64,000 nt of DNA. Origin: Bdellovibrionota bacterium FG-2. GTDB lineage: Bacteria > Bdellovibrionota > UBA1018. The notes under the pieces were generated by a model, which had not been told where the DNA came from, did no database searches, and saw only the letters and a list, made by a program, of their open reading frames with translations. The number at the start of each line of letters is the position of its first letter. The stretch's first letter is position 1. The stretch lies in contig JBBCAV010000153.1 in NCBI GenBank assembly GCA_051382305.1, positions 1 through 64,000 on the forward strand. The letters run 5' to 3'. Positions 20,253-30,262 of the stretch are shown here, piece by piece. Made by a program: the position numbers and the translations under genes.

Positions 20253-21504
20253 AGGCTGAGAGTTTCCTGACCCTGGCCATAAAGGCCAACTGCTCGGGCG
20301 GGAGAGGCTTCATGCCCTCAAGAAGATCTAGAATTCTTCGTGATCCGTTGGTTTTAGCTATTATGGCTGAATGAGCAAGAAGCATCCATCGCCCCGGGGT
20401 TGAAGCCGCTTCGCGGATTAAGGGTTCTGATAAACTTTCAAAAGCGCCGTCGCAAATGAGGTGGACGATGCGAGGTAGTTCAGTATTTGCACTTTTAGGA
20501 ACGCCCTCAAACGAGTGGTTTTCAAGGTCTTTGAGAAATACTTCAAAAAACAGGCCGCGAATAATGGGTTTCGAAAACATGGGTAAGCGAGTCTGGGTAA
20601 TTCGTTCCGAAAATCGTAACCAAGACTCCGAAAACAAAAGCAACGCATTTTCGGTGCAATCACTATGAGGTGTGAGTTCAGGGCAAAGAAGGGTGCTGCG
20701 AATAGCGTCAGCATCAATGACATTACTGACCCCTTCAAAAAGGTCCCCCGTGCCTAACATAACCCTAAGCCATTCAAAGAAACCTTTTTCCAAGGCACGA
20801 ACAAGGTGAACCCCAGTCAGAATCCCGACAAAGTGCCCGTCTTTATCAAAAAGTGGCGAGCCACTATAGCCCTTGCGAGAGTCAAGCTCGACCTCCAGAA
20901 AGGGGCCGATTCTTCCTGAAACAGCCCCCTGCTTTACGAGCGTCGCGCCCTCATATTCGAAATGCCGATTCGCAAGAGTTAGAACTTTCTCTGTAGGGGA
21001 ATTTGGATTTTTATCAAAAGAAGGTTTCCCGATGGGCTGCCCCACTTCGGCAAAAGCGCAAACATCGAGCCATTGCGAACAGCGCAGCGGCTTTATCCGT
21101 ACTTTTCTAAACTTAAGCTCGTTATAAAAACTGACATTCATTTCCTCGGGGCAGCCAGTACTCAAACAGATAATATTCAAAACATGATGATTCGTTAAAT
21201 AGTAATTAGAACCAGGAAAGCGATAGGCTCGCGCGCCCGAATCTTCATTAGCAGGAGAAATATCAAGAATGGCAGACTGCACTTGGGCGAGTCTCGAGGG
21301 GTCGAGCACAGCAGAAGCAGGAACAGACTTATAGATTCTAAACGACTCAACGGTCTTGAGCCAAGTCATTGCACTCTTCGCAACTATAATGAAAATGCTC
21401 AGGAGCGCAAAAAAAAGCACGACTGAACCAATCCACCGGGCCAGGGTTCTCCAGATTTTTGCAAGTGTCGCGAACATCGTCCGCCTGCGTTTCTCTTTGT
21501 TCAT
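20242..21504 (-). CDS. Membrane-anchored trypsin-like serine peptidase
   Basis: N-terminal TM; LTNHHV (His), LDVC (Asp), GYSGSPLF (Ser). Confidence 0.75.
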   Translation of the reverse strand: MNKEKRRRTMFATLAKIWRTLARWIGSVVLFFALLSIFIIVAKSAMTWLKTVESFRIYKSVPASAVLDPSRLAQVQSAILDISPANEDSGARAYRFPGSNYYLTNHHVLNIICLSTGCPEEMNVSFYNELKFRKVRIKPLRCSQWLDVCAFAEVGQPIGKPSFDKNPNSPTEKVLTLANRHFEYEGATLVKQGAVSGRIGPFLEVELDSRKGYSGSPLFDKDGHFVGILTGVHLVRALEKGFFEWLRVMLGTGDLFEGVSNVIDADAIRSTLLCPELTPHSDCTENALLLFSESWLRFSERITQTRLPMFSKPIIRGLFFEVFLKDLENHSFEGVPKSANTELPRIVHLICDGAFESLSEPLIREAASTPGRWMLLAHSAIIAKTNGSRRILDLLEGMKPLPPEQLAFMARVRKLSASTQ

Positions 21505-21642
21505 AGATCAGGAGTCAAACACAGTATATTGCGAAGCTCAACACCCGAGGTTATTGCTTCTCTTGCTTTAAGCGATCTAACTCAGCTTGAGCTTGATGGA
21601 TAGCCATTTCCAGGTCCAAATCCTCGTCAGATTGGGTGTTCA

Positions 21643-21981
21643 TTAAACCCTGCTGACGAGCGATGCGGCTTTGTGATAGCAAAGACCTTTCAGTAACCAA
21701 ATTTGAAAACGACCTCGACTATCTGCTGATGCAGACGGTCCAATGTTAACCCCCCAGATCACATAGACCGACTCGTCCCCATAACGGCCGTAGTATTTAA
21801 ATTCGGGAAATTGATTTGGCTGGGCCGAGGAGTTCCAATCCAACAACGGTGTTGCATCATAATACGATCCTCGGACAACCTTGCACCCGAGAGGCGCATC
21901 GTCAGCAAAGGCCGTACCTTGCAATAATGAAAGCATGAGGCTTGTAGCCACTAATACCTGATAAGCGATTTTGATAAACAT
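21643..21981 (-). CDS. Small secreted hypothetical protein
   Basis: AAGGAG RBS; signal peptide ending TAFA. Confidence 0.55.
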   Translation of the reverse strand: MFIKIAYQVLVATSLMLSLLQGTAFADDAPLGCKVVRGSYYDATPLLDWNSSAQPNQFPEFKYYGRYGDESVYVIWGVNIGPSASADSRGRFQIWLLKGLCYHKAASLVSRV

Positions 21982-22074
21982 TCTCCTTCGTTTCTAAATT
22001 CTATGATTCTGCCCGAAACATGTTTTTTCGTGTTTCAGGCTAACAGCCGGCTCACTCGGTTGTGCAAGTGCAAA

Positions 22075-22109
22075 CGGAACAATGTGTTCCGACCTAGCAA
22101 AACGGAACA
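22075..22109. promoter_or_regulatory. Dyad operator-like site CGGAACA-N3-TGTTCCG plus a third half-site
   Basis: CGGAACA 22075-22081, TGTTCCG 22085-22091, CGGAACA 22103-22109, in a divergent intergenic region. Confidence 0.5.
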
Positions 22110-22196
22110 CCACCTGCCTTTTGTCCTCTTTGAAATACCTTGCCTAAGGGTGCGATGCGATATATCAAAATCCAACCGTTATTGGGGGATGATACT

Positions 22197-23003
22197 ATGA
22201 ACCGCTTTTCAATCACTTACGCGTCTTTTATATTTGCGCTCGCCCTAGGTTTGGCCCCAGTTCCCGGGGCGTCAGCAGCAGATCCGTTCTGCGCCCGCAC
22301 GCTTAATGACATCAAGCAAGCGGCGCAAGATCCCGCGATGCGCTTGAGTTTTTCCAATCAAGGGGGCGCTTTTAGTTCAGGGGTATGTTGGTGGCTTTCC
22401 CGATTTCAAAGAGCCGCGCTCTATCTCGCGAGGTTTTATCCCGAACTCCCCAAACCCACCGCTGACGAAGCCCGAAAGCTGATTCGGCGGCTTGCGCAAA
22501 TGAACGAAGTCGTTGAGATCCCAGGGTATCGCAATATTTTTGATTTCTCGTGCGACTTTTCGACCTTGATTCAACGAAGACTTGAGCGTTGGCAAATTCT
22601 CGACGGAATTTTTCGATTTGCCTGGATTGAGGGGATTAGAGGCAAGTCCGCTCTTCCAAACTAAAAAATGAAATCCCATATGGTTGATCTTTTCTTGGCC
22701 CATGAACAAAACCGGGCTTTGACGTTTCTGAAGCTACAGGTCCCTGGACTTGTCGCCCACTCTTGGATCGTCATTGATCTACTTCCCACACCCAGCGGCT
22801 ACGAAATCTATTCAATCGATAGCAACGTTCCGGCAGAAACGCTTCGTACCCAATACGTTTTTGGTGACACCCATTTGTCGTTCCCTTATGCCCCTCTTAG
22901 GTTTGTGCCTCATCTGGATTTTCAAGGTGACCTGCGAAAAATGGGGGCTGCACTCACAAAAACTTGCGGTCCGTCACAACCCGGCAACCCCAATCGTATA
23001 TAG
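22197..23003 (+). pseudogene. Secreted hypothetical protein split by an in-frame TAA (possible Cys-His-Asp protease-like fold)
   Basis: ORFs 22197-22664 and 22668-23003 share a frame, separated by TAA-AAA; motifs GVCWW, AHSWIV, IDSN. Confidence 0.65.
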
Positions 23004-23019
23004 CAACAGAAGAGGTTTA

Positions 23020-23538
23020 ATGGACGAGGAACTGAGCAATGAAGCATTGATGGTCGCTTATCAAAAGGGCGACCTGAAGGCGTTTGAAGTTCTTTATCGC
23101 AGGCATTCGGGCCGAGTCTATGGCTTTTTAGTAGGGAAACTAAAAGGAGTGGGAATGGCGGATGACGTTTTTCAAGCCACGTTTCTGAAGCTGCATCAGT
23201 CACGCGCGTCTTATGAGGCCTCCTACCCTTTTCTGCCTTGGCTGTTTACGATTTGCCGAAACACGATGATCGATTCGTTACGCAAAAACAAACGATCGAT
23301 AGAAGAACTTAATCCCGTCGCGATCGAAAAAGCACAGGCGCCGGCAGGGGAAAACACGGAGGACTGGAGCGCGATTCCGAGTCTGAGCACGCTTCCCGAA
23401 AACCAGCGTCAGGCCCTTGAACTTCGCTACAGTGAGGAGCTTTCGTTTGTAGAAATTGCGCAAAAACTCAAAACTTCGCCCGTCAATGTGAGGCAGCTCA
23501 TTAGCCGCGCTGTCAAGAAACTGAGGGCGAACGCATGA
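23020..23538 (+). CDS. ECF (sigma70-family) RNA polymerase sigma factor
   Basis: AFEVLYRRH, ADDVFQATFLK, FLPWLFTICRN (region 2); LPENQRQALELRY...SFVEIA (region 4); AGAGG RBS before ATG 23020. Confidence 0.93.
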   Translation: MDEELSNEALMVAYQKGDLKAFEVLYRRHSGRVYGFLVGKLKGVGMADDVFQATFLKLHQSRASYEASYPFLPWLFTICRNTMIDSLRKNKRSIEELNPVAIEKAQAPAGENTEDWSAIPSLSTLPENQRQALELRYSEELSFVEIAQKLKTSPVNVRQLISRAVKKLRANA

Positions 23539-24059
23539 TGACTGAAAACAAAAGTTTCACAGAATTTATTTCAAGCAAAGAGGTGACGCCTCCCGCCCAT
23601 CTCACGCATGAGATTCTCAATACTGTACGCGGCGCCCTTCATCCCCCAGTCTGGAGGGTGTTTACGAAACTGGGATCGTTGCAACTAACCGTGGGCGCCG
23701 TGGTGCTGATGTTTTGCCCTCAATTCGGCACGAACCTGTTTCCTGGAATGGGGCTCATGTCCCTGTTTATGCGCTTTGGGGACGTGGGTTGCATGATCGG
23801 CTGCGGGGGCGTGTTCTTGGGCGGGAGTGGCCTTTTAGGGAGCCTGATTTTTAGTCTGGAGGAGATTCGGGTGATCCGTGGGTCGAGATTCCTTCAACTG
23901 AGTTCCATGACCCTGCTTTCAGGCGCCGCGTTCGTGTGCCTAGCCGGTGACCAACTCCTGACCCTTGGCGTGGCTTGGGTTTTAGGCGGACTCGTGGGTG
24001 GAATGACGACTCTTGAGCTGGGGTGGCTGGTGCGCAAGGCCGTTTGGGCCGGAAAATAG
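23535..24059 (+). CDS. Multi-pass membrane putative anti-sigma factor
   Basis: ATGA overlap with the sigma gene; about 4 TM helices; Cys-containing CPQFG and GCMIGCG motifs. Confidence 0.65.
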   Translation: MMTENKSFTEFISSKEVTPPAHLTHEILNTVRGALHPPVWRVFTKLGSLQLTVGAVVLMFCPQFGTNLFPGMGLMSLFMRFGDVGCMIGCGGVFLGGSGLLGSLIFSLEEIRVIRGSRFLQLSSMTLLSGAAFVCLAGDQLLTLGVAWVLGGLVGGMTTLELGWLVRKAVWAGK

Positions 24060-24160
24060 CCCGACCAAAAGAGTTGGTTGCGGCGTAATAAGCGCAACAA
24101 AAGAGTCAGATTTTGCGCAACTACTTTTCTCCACGAAACGATCGTGCTAAGCCTTCCCAC

Positions 24161-25183
24161 ATGCCTAATACCAATCTGCCGATCCTAGAATTCGTCCTCA
24201 AAAACTACAAAAATTTCAATTCACGCGCGACCCGTGATGCGACTCTCTCTTATTGGAGTCATATTGAAGGCGGCGGCAAGATGTTGTGGGCCGTGGCCGG
24301 TGCTATGTCCTCCGCCCAACTCGGCATTACACTCGCGCCAGCAATTCGCGCAGGCCTGATTCACGGTCTCTCGGTGACCGGCGCCAACCTCGAAGAATCC
24401 CTTTTTAGACTCGTGGCGCATCACGGCTACAAAGATTTTCCGGAGTATCGCTATTTTACCAAAGATGATGATACGCGCATCCTTGAACAACGTATGCGTC
24501 GGGTGACGGATACGAGTATTCCCGAAGACGAAGCGTTTCGCGCGGTTGAAAAATACATCGTCCCCATGTGGACGGATGCGACAAAGAGCAACACGCGCCG
24601 TTTCTGGCATGAGTACTTTTACGAACTCATTCAAAAGATTGATCCGCAACTTTATGAAGGGAGTGCTGAGGAATGTTGGCTCTTGGCTGCCGCCCGCGCA
24701 AAGTTACCTATGGTCGTGCCGGGATGTGAAGACTCCACATTTGGAAACATTTTTGCTTCCCACGTTAAGACCAACGAGTGTAGCGCCTCGATCGTCAAAT
24801 CCGGAATCGAGTACATGGGGCAGCTTTATGATGATTATAAAGAACTGTCTTCAGGCAAAGGTGTAGGATTCTTCCAAATCGGCGGCGGAATCGCAGGCGA
24901 CTTCCCGATCTGCGTGGTGCCCTCGATTAAGTATGACTTGAGCGAACCCGTGAAACCTTGGGCGTACTTCTGCCAGATCTCGGATTCGACGACTTCGTAT
25001 GGTTCGTACTCAGGCGCGACCCCCAACGAAAAAATCACGTGGGACAAACTCACGCGCGACACGCCGATGTTCGTCATTGAATCGGACGCAACGATTGTGG
25101 TGCCGCTCATGCTCAACGCGCTTTTAGAAGCCAAGCAAAATCCAAAAGTGGCCAATGAGTTAATTAAGAAGTATACGGCTTAA
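24161..25183 (+). CDS. Deoxyhypusine synthase-like protein (probable polyamine/homospermidine biosynthesis)
   Basis: AGAMSSA, TGANLEE, IGGG, YGSYSGATPNEKITWDKL (conserved Lys), ESDATIV. Confidence 0.9.
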   Translation: MPNTNLPILEFVLKNYKNFNSRATRDATLSYWSHIEGGGKMLWAVAGAMSSAQLGITLAPAIRAGLIHGLSVTGANLEESLFRLVAHHGYKDFPEYRYFTKDDDTRILEQRMRRVTDTSIPEDEAFRAVEKYIVPMWTDATKSNTRRFWHEYFYELIQKIDPQLYEGSAEECWLLAAARAKLPMVVPGCEDSTFGNIFASHVKTNECSASIVKSGIEYMGQLYDDYKELSSGKGVGFFQIGGGIAGDFPICVVPSIKYDLSEPVKPWAYFCQISDSTTSYGSYSGATPNEKITWDKLTRDTPMFVIESDATIVVPLMLNALLEAKQNPKVANELIKKYTA

Positions 25184-25191
25184 CCGTTCAC

Positions 25192-25851
25192 CTAGCCCAG
25201 CCACTCCGCGAATTCCTCCACGCGCTTAAACAACGGCGTGGGTTGCTCGATCATAAAATGATGTTCGGGCAGATGAGCAGGCTTTTTGGCCCACGCCGCG
25301 CCCGCAAAAGCACATTCTGCCGCACGCGCCCCTTCCCAATCATGGGGATGATCGCCGACGACCAAAATCTGTGAGGGCATGAGCGCCATTTTCTCTAACG
25401 TCAAATGAAGGCCTGAAGGATCAGGCTTGTTGACAGCTACCATGCATCCCCCAACGACCGTTTCGAAATAATCTCGCACTCCGTTTAATCGCAAAACCTG
25501 CTCGGCACCAAAGGCGGGCCGACCTGTCCAGACGCTCATTCGAATGCCAGCGGTTTTAAGCGTGGCAAGCATATCTTTGATTCCCGGGAATAGCGGGATC
25601 TTCGAGGCCCCTTGCGTTGCGAAACTCGCTAACCGCTCAAAGGCAACTTTTGCGTCTTTGGGAGGAAGCAGGTCCTTAAACACCTCGAGCGCAGGCAGCG
25701 CTCGAATTCCCTCAAGCAGCACGTCATCGCAGACAATGCCAAATGGCTCCAGCGCATATTTAAACGACTCAAACACGACGGCCCCTGAATCAATCAAAGT
25801 GCCATCCAAATCAAAAACGACTGCCGCAAATTCGCGCCCCTTCGGTTCCAT
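25192..25851 (-). CDS. HAD-superfamily hydrolase (phosphoglycolate phosphatase-like)
   Basis: FDLDGTLIDS, WTGR, KPDP, VGDHPHD. Confidence 0.9.
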   Translation of the reverse strand: MEPKGREFAAVVFDLDGTLIDSGAVVFESFKYALEPFGIVCDDVLLEGIRALPALEVFKDLLPPKDAKVAFERLASFATQGASKIPLFPGIKDMLATLKTAGIRMSVWTGRPAFGAEQVLRLNGVRDYFETVVGGCMVAVNKPDPSGLHLTLEKMALMPSQILVVGDHPHDWEGARAAECAFAGAAWAKKPAHLPEHHFMIEQPTPLFKRVEEFAEWLG

Positions 25852-25891
25852 GCCACAAGCATAGCCCATAAATAATTAAGAGTGAAACATT

Positions 25892-26143
25892 TCAGAGACT
25901 CTGGCTTTTTTCCCGACGACTATTCTCGGGATTGAACTTTTGCTGTTCTTCCCGATAAAGCGCTTCAAAACGATTTTCAAAGCCTAGAAAATGCTCTTCG
26001 AGATAACGCTTTAACGTATCCAATTCAAGTTTGACGTGTCCCAGTTCGCCCTGCTGCGCCAGCCGCTGGGCTTCGAGCGATTCCCCAAGAAGTTCAATTT
26101 CTCTTTTCAACAAATGCATATCCATAGCACCAAGTGTCGACAT
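25892..26143 (-). CDS. Small coiled-coil hypothetical protein
   Basis: Follows polX on the same strand; AAGGGG RBS before MSTLGAMD; charged helical composition. Confidence 0.55.
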   Translation of the reverse strand: MSTLGAMDMHLLKREIELLGESLEAQRLAQQGELGHVKLELDTLKRYLEEHFLGFENRFEALYREEQQKFNPENSRREKSQSL

Positions 26144-26175
26144 CGTGTGCCCCCTTAGCGCTTTGGATTGCAAAC

Positions 26176-27939
26176 TCAGTGCCTTCTCAACAACTTCTTA
26201 ATCTCGCTCCATGAACGAGTATTGACGACGTCCGACGCCTCAAGCCCCCCCCGCCGCGCTTGTGCAATGCCCAAAGGCATGAAGTCCAATTCGTGATCAT
26301 CATGTGCGTCAGAAGAGATCACAACCTTCACACCCAACGCCTTTGCCAACTTGCAATGCACGTCATTCAAATCCAAACGCTCAGGCTGGGAGTTAAGTTC
26401 TAAGAAACACCCCCGCTCACGCGCGGCCTGTAGGATTTTCTCAATATCAATGTCGTAAGGCTCGCGTTCCAAAAGAAGCCGTCCGGTCGGATGCGCCAGC
26501 ACATGAAAATGAGGATGATCCATCGCGCGAATGATCCGCTCGGCTTGCTTCTCACGCGTTAACTTAAACCGTGAGTGCACTGAGCACACCACCCAATCCA
26601 GCGCCGCAAGCAACTCATCGTCATAATCGAGCGCGCCGTCTTCCAAAATGTCGACCTCGGCGCTTTTCAAAATCCGAAACAAACCATCATTAAGCTCATT
26701 AAATCTATCTATCTCCCGAATGCGCTCCCACAACCTTTTGGGCTCCAACCCCCGCCCCACTGTGAGGCGTTGAGAATGATCCGTCACGGCCAAGTATTCA
26801 TAGCCCAAGGCCCGTGCTTTGGCCGCCATCTCTTGGAGCGTTTTTCGCCCGTCGGAAGCGGTCGTGTGGCAATGAAGGTCGCCACGGATATGCGAAGTTA
26901 AGACAAGGGAGCGTAGTTTGTGTGCGAGAGAGGCTTCGATTTCACCTGCGTTTTCTCGCAATTCGGGCGGAATATACGACAATCCCACCGTTTTAAAGAT
27001 ATCCGTCTCCTCTGCCCCACTCACCCACCTGGCGCCCTTGTATACCCCGTACTCGCTAATACGAAGCCCCTTCTTCATCGCCATCGTTCGCACAGCAATG
27101 TTATGCGCCTTTGAACCCGTAAAATAGTGCAAAGCAGCGCCCCACTCCCGCTCACTTACGAGCCGTACGTCGACATGCATCCCTGCGTGCCCTTGGGGGT
27201 ACCCCCTCAATACAAACGTCAACTTCTTGGGACCACGCGCCAGGACGGCTTCAATGTCCTCATATTCCAAAATGGTTTTGAGGATTGCGGTATGCCCCTT
27301 AGATCCAGCGGCCGCCTCCACCAAAATATCCAGATCTCCCACTGTTTCCAAACGGCGCCGCAAACTCCCTGCGACCTCCGCTTGCTTAACCCCTGGGATC
27401 GCCCGTATATACTCAAGCATCGGCAATGCGAGTTGATTAGCGGCTACCCAAAGCACGCGAGTGGGAAGCTTGGCCTGCGCCATCTTCTTTACGATTCCCT
27501 CATAAAGTTGGTGCGCAATCTTCTCTCCAAAACCAGGCAGCTCGACCACTCGCTTTTCTTTAAGCGCCTTTTTGAGGTCGTCGATTCCTTGAATTTTAAG
27601 ATCCGTCATCAAAGTTCGGACCCGCTTTGGCCCTAAGCCCGGGATCTTCAGTAACTCCAATACCCCTACCGGAATTTTCTGCGTAAGCTCTTCCAAAAGA
27701 GCGATTTTCCCTGTCGTCACGAACTCCGCGATCTTTTGCCCCAGGTCCTTCCCCACCCCGGACATCTTTGGCAAGGCCTCGCCCTTCGCGATTAGCTCCG
27801 AGAGTTCCAGCGCAGATCCCGTAATGACGCGCGCCGCGTTTCGATAGGCACGTACCCGAAACTCGTTCTCCCCCTGAATCTCGAGAATGTCGGCGATCTC
27901 TTCGAAACAAGCGGCAATTTCAGAATTATGAATAGCCAT
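26176..27939 (-). CDS. polX: DNA polymerase X family with PHP 3'-5' exonuclease domain
   Basis: FRVRAYRNAA, HhH motifs, AGSLRR, GDLDIL, VDVR, YFTGSKAHN; PHP motifs DLHCHT, TDHS, HPTGR, SSDAH. Confidence 0.95.
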   Translation of the reverse strand: MAIHNSEIAACFEEIADILEIQGENEFRVRAYRNAARVITGSALELSELIAKGEALPKMSGVGKDLGQKIAEFVTTGKIALLEELTQKIPVGVLELLKIPGLGPKRVRTLMTDLKIQGIDDLKKALKEKRVVELPGFGEKIAHQLYEGIVKKMAQAKLPTRVLWVAANQLALPMLEYIRAIPGVKQAEVAGSLRRRLETVGDLDILVEAAAGSKGHTAILKTILEYEDIEAVLARGPKKLTFVLRGYPQGHAGMHVDVRLVSEREWGAALHYFTGSKAHNIAVRTMAMKKGLRISEYGVYKGARWVSGAEETDIFKTVGLSYIPPELRENAGEIEASLAHKLRSLVLTSHIRGDLHCHTTASDGRKTLQEMAAKARALGYEYLAVTDHSQRLTVGRGLEPKRLWERIREIDRFNELNDGLFRILKSAEVDILEDGALDYDDELLAALDWVVCSVHSRFKLTREKQAERIIRAMDHPHFHVLAHPTGRLLLEREPYDIDIEKILQAARERGCFLELNSQPERLDLNDVHCKLAKALGVKVVISSDAHDDHELDFMPLGIAQARRGGLEASDVVNTRSWSEIKKLLRRH

Positions 27940-28410
27940 GCCCTAGTCTCTAACACAACATCCGTGAAGCAGGGAGATCCTTGCCCAAAAAGACATCTAG
28001 AGTTAGGAGTATGGCCATGCTCCATTACGGTGCCTTCACAATATAATCCGTCAGGCCTTGGATCATTTACTTTGTCGTTTGGGCAACAGACAAATTACTT
28101 CGATAATACCGAGCAAACGGTGACAATATCGGATCTTGGAAAAACAGATATCGCGGACCTCAAGCAGGGGCCTTATGCTGTTAACTATGACAACAACGTG
28201 GATGCCGCCTGTTTTGCCACATACGCGTATAGCAAGGATAGAAAGATCGGCAAGGAGAATCACTTCAACTGGGAGTGCCGACTTACTGGCAAGGGAGGCT
28301 CCAAAATGCTGTGTGCGCTCAAAATGACTTCCAATCCCGAAACGATTGACCCCGAACACGCTGATTATAATACTCGCATTGGAGCGTTCATAGAGTTCGT
28401 GCGGAAATAG
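27928..28410 (+). CDS. Orphan hypothetical ORF (possibly a gene remnant)
   Basis: 160-codon open frame with protein-like composition; no convincing start; overlaps the polX start head-to-head. Confidence 0.35.
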   Translation: MNSHALVSNTTSVKQGDPCPKRHLELGVWPCSITVPSQYNPSGLGSFTLSFGQQTNYFDNTEQTVTISDLGKTDIADLKQGPYAVNYDNNVDAACFATYAYSKDRKIGKENHFNWECRLTGKGGSKMLCALKMTSNPETIDPEHADYNTRIGAFIEFVRK

Positions 28411-28573
28411 CAATATGTGATAGCTGACAACCGTTTGTTTTCGCGACGGCGGATGACCGGCTTCCATAATATGAGATATCCCGACCGCCCCAACTTCTGA
28501 AATAGTGAAGTTAGAGGCTCACCCCCCTGCCGGGTAGGCCATTTTCTTCGCTATTTGCGAAGTTCGGGGATTC

Positions 28574-28606
28574 TTCCAAGATAATTCCAAGATAATTCCA
28601 AGATAA
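28574..28606. repeat. Tandem repeat (TTCCAAGATAA)x3
   Basis: Three exact 11-bp units, intergenic. Confidence 0.9.
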
Positions 28607-28770
28607 AGTGAGAATTGAGTTAATCGTCAAACCTTCGCAACAGCTTATGCTCTCAGGCACCGGAAGCTTAGTCACAAGAACTCGTCAAAAATAAAAAACA
28701 TGGGGTCCTTAGCCCCCCGCTCCACCCCGCTCCACCCCGCTTCGGCCCAGTTTTCGCTACTCATTAGAGC

Positions 28771-29361
28771 ATGACAAACCGCAAACTTGATCACCAATTT
28801 AGAGAGCCTACCCGCACTGATCCCTATCGCGACACCCGCAAAGCCGCAGGCCTTGCCACTTGCAAGGACTGTGGAGCCGTTTGTTTTCGCGGGCGCTGGG
28901 TTTCGGAGGCCGAATATCAAAAGCACTTTGAATTAAGGCCGCTTGAAATGCACAAAGCCACATGCCCCGCCTGCCTAAAACTCAAGTATCGCTATGCCCA
29001 AGGTGTGCTTGAACTTACGGGCACCCAATGGCTTAAATCAAAGAATGCAATTCTCAATACCTTGCGACGATCAGAGCAAATCTTTCGAAAGCGCAACGAC
29101 CAAAGCCGAATCTTATGGTTTGGGGATAACCCAAAACATCGAGAGGTCGCCGACAAATTCAAAATCTATGTCACCCTCCCCGAACTCGCCCGTCACATGG
29201 GGCGCCAGCTTCAAAAAACGTTCAAGGGACTGATCCATACGAGTACCTCCCCAGAAGAGCCTTTTGTTCGTGTGCGATGGGGTGCAGAGCAGCCCATTGA
29301 TCTAAACCGTCGGCGCCACACCTCGCGTGCGTTTCGAAAACGAGGATCTAGCAATGCTTAG
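28771..29361 (+). CDS. BCAM0308-family zinc-binding protein
   Basis: DPY...CKDCGAV..GRW, CPAC, G.LEL.G, LARHMGRQLQKTFKG, VRVRW. Confidence 0.8.
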   Translation: MTNRKLDHQFREPTRTDPYRDTRKAAGLATCKDCGAVCFRGRWVSEAEYQKHFELRPLEMHKATCPACLKLKYRYAQGVLELTGTQWLKSKNAILNTLRRSEQIFRKRNDQSRILWFGDNPKHREVADKFKIYVTLPELARHMGRQLQKTFKGLIHTSTSPEEPFVRVRWGAEQPIDLNRRRHTSRAFRKRGSSNA

Positions 29362-29364
29362 TTT

Positions 29365-29697
29365 CTAAGTCGATTGTTTAGAAAGGTCGACCTGCACGCT
29401 GATTTTAAGTTGCTTGCCATCAGAGCCCAAAACCTCAAAATGAACCCCGGAAGCTTTGCTTGCAGAACTCAAAAGCTCAGCGGCTAACGCCTCCACATCA
29501 CGTCCGGTGACCCAAGCAATGACAGAAGAATTATCTAAAACGAGATTGGTTTTCCCACCGACGCCAACCGAAAAACGAAAAGGTTTCCCCCCAGGAAAAG
29601 GTACTTTTTCGGAAATGGCCGTTCCCTCCCGAAGACTCACAAACTCTTTTTCGCTCAAGCGAAACCTTACTGATCTTCCATCAAGTCGAATGTTCAT
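29365..29697 (-). CDS. DUF7009-like hypothetical protein at the end of the Moco operon
   Basis: MNIRLDGRSVRFRLS N-terminus and LKISVQVD C-terminus; overlaps the mobA stop. Confidence 0.6.
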   Translation of the reverse strand: MNIRLDGRSVRFRLSEKEFVSLREGTAISEKVPFPGGKPFRFSVGVGGKTNLVLDNSSVIAWVTGRDVEALAAELLSSASKASGVHFEVLGSDGKQLKISVQVDLSKQST

Positions 29698-30262
29698 GGT
29701 ATTCCTGAAATTCCTCTGGAGTATTTACATTCAAAAACGCTGCACGCTCAACAGACTGCAACGAGAGTGCCTCTAGGTTACTGCTTTCCCCAAGAAGTTC
29801 AAGAAATGCCTGAACCGAAAGACGAGAATCCGCAATGCACCGCAACAGGCAATCTAACACCCGAGGCTCGCACCGAAGAGCCACAGGCAGCGGAAATCCC
29901 TCAAAATGCACGGCCAAGGTATCCTCACTCGCCAAGAGGGCTTGCGCCATTTTTTCAAAGTAATGCTTTGTCATTTGCGGCATGTCAACGGGGACAAAAA
30001 GTAATGCTTTGGGCGGAACTTTCTCACCTAGCGCACGCTTCAAGACTGTGCTCACCCCACCCAGAGGACCCAGATCTGGGCAATCATCAGCAATGCCCCC
30101 TGCTCCACTCACCCAAATCTCAGGGGTCACTTCGCGCAGCCGCGCAATCATTCGATCAAGGAATCGCTCACCTGACACCTCAAGTAACTCCTTGGGACGC
30201 CCCATCCGCGAGGATTTACCCCCCGCCAAAACAACGCCTACAATCTCACGCCCTTGAGCCAC
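29681..30262 (-). CDS. mobA: Molybdenum cofactor guanylyltransferase
   Basis: VLAGGKSSRMGRPK, GPLGG, PVDMP, FLNVNTPEE. Confidence 0.92.
   Translation of the reverse strand: MAQGREIVGVVLAGGKSSRMGRPKELLEVSGERFLDRMIARLREVTPEIWVSGAGGIADDCPDLGPLGGVSTVLKRALGEKVPPKALLFVPVDMPQMTKHYFEKMAQALLASEDTLAVHFEGFPLPVALRCEPRVLDCLLRCIADSRLSVQAFLELLGESSNLEALSLQSVERAAFLNVNTPEEFQEYHEHST

Noticed and set aside
22750-23019. N-terminal extension of the ECF sigma factor shown in the ORF track
   Set aside because: It overlaps the upstream gene in another frame; the RBS and sigma homology begin at ATG 23020.
28574-28606. CRISPR or guide-RNA array
   Set aside because: Three contiguous 11-bp units with no spacers and no cas-like gene nearby. 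No repeat-spacer array was seen anywhere in the window.
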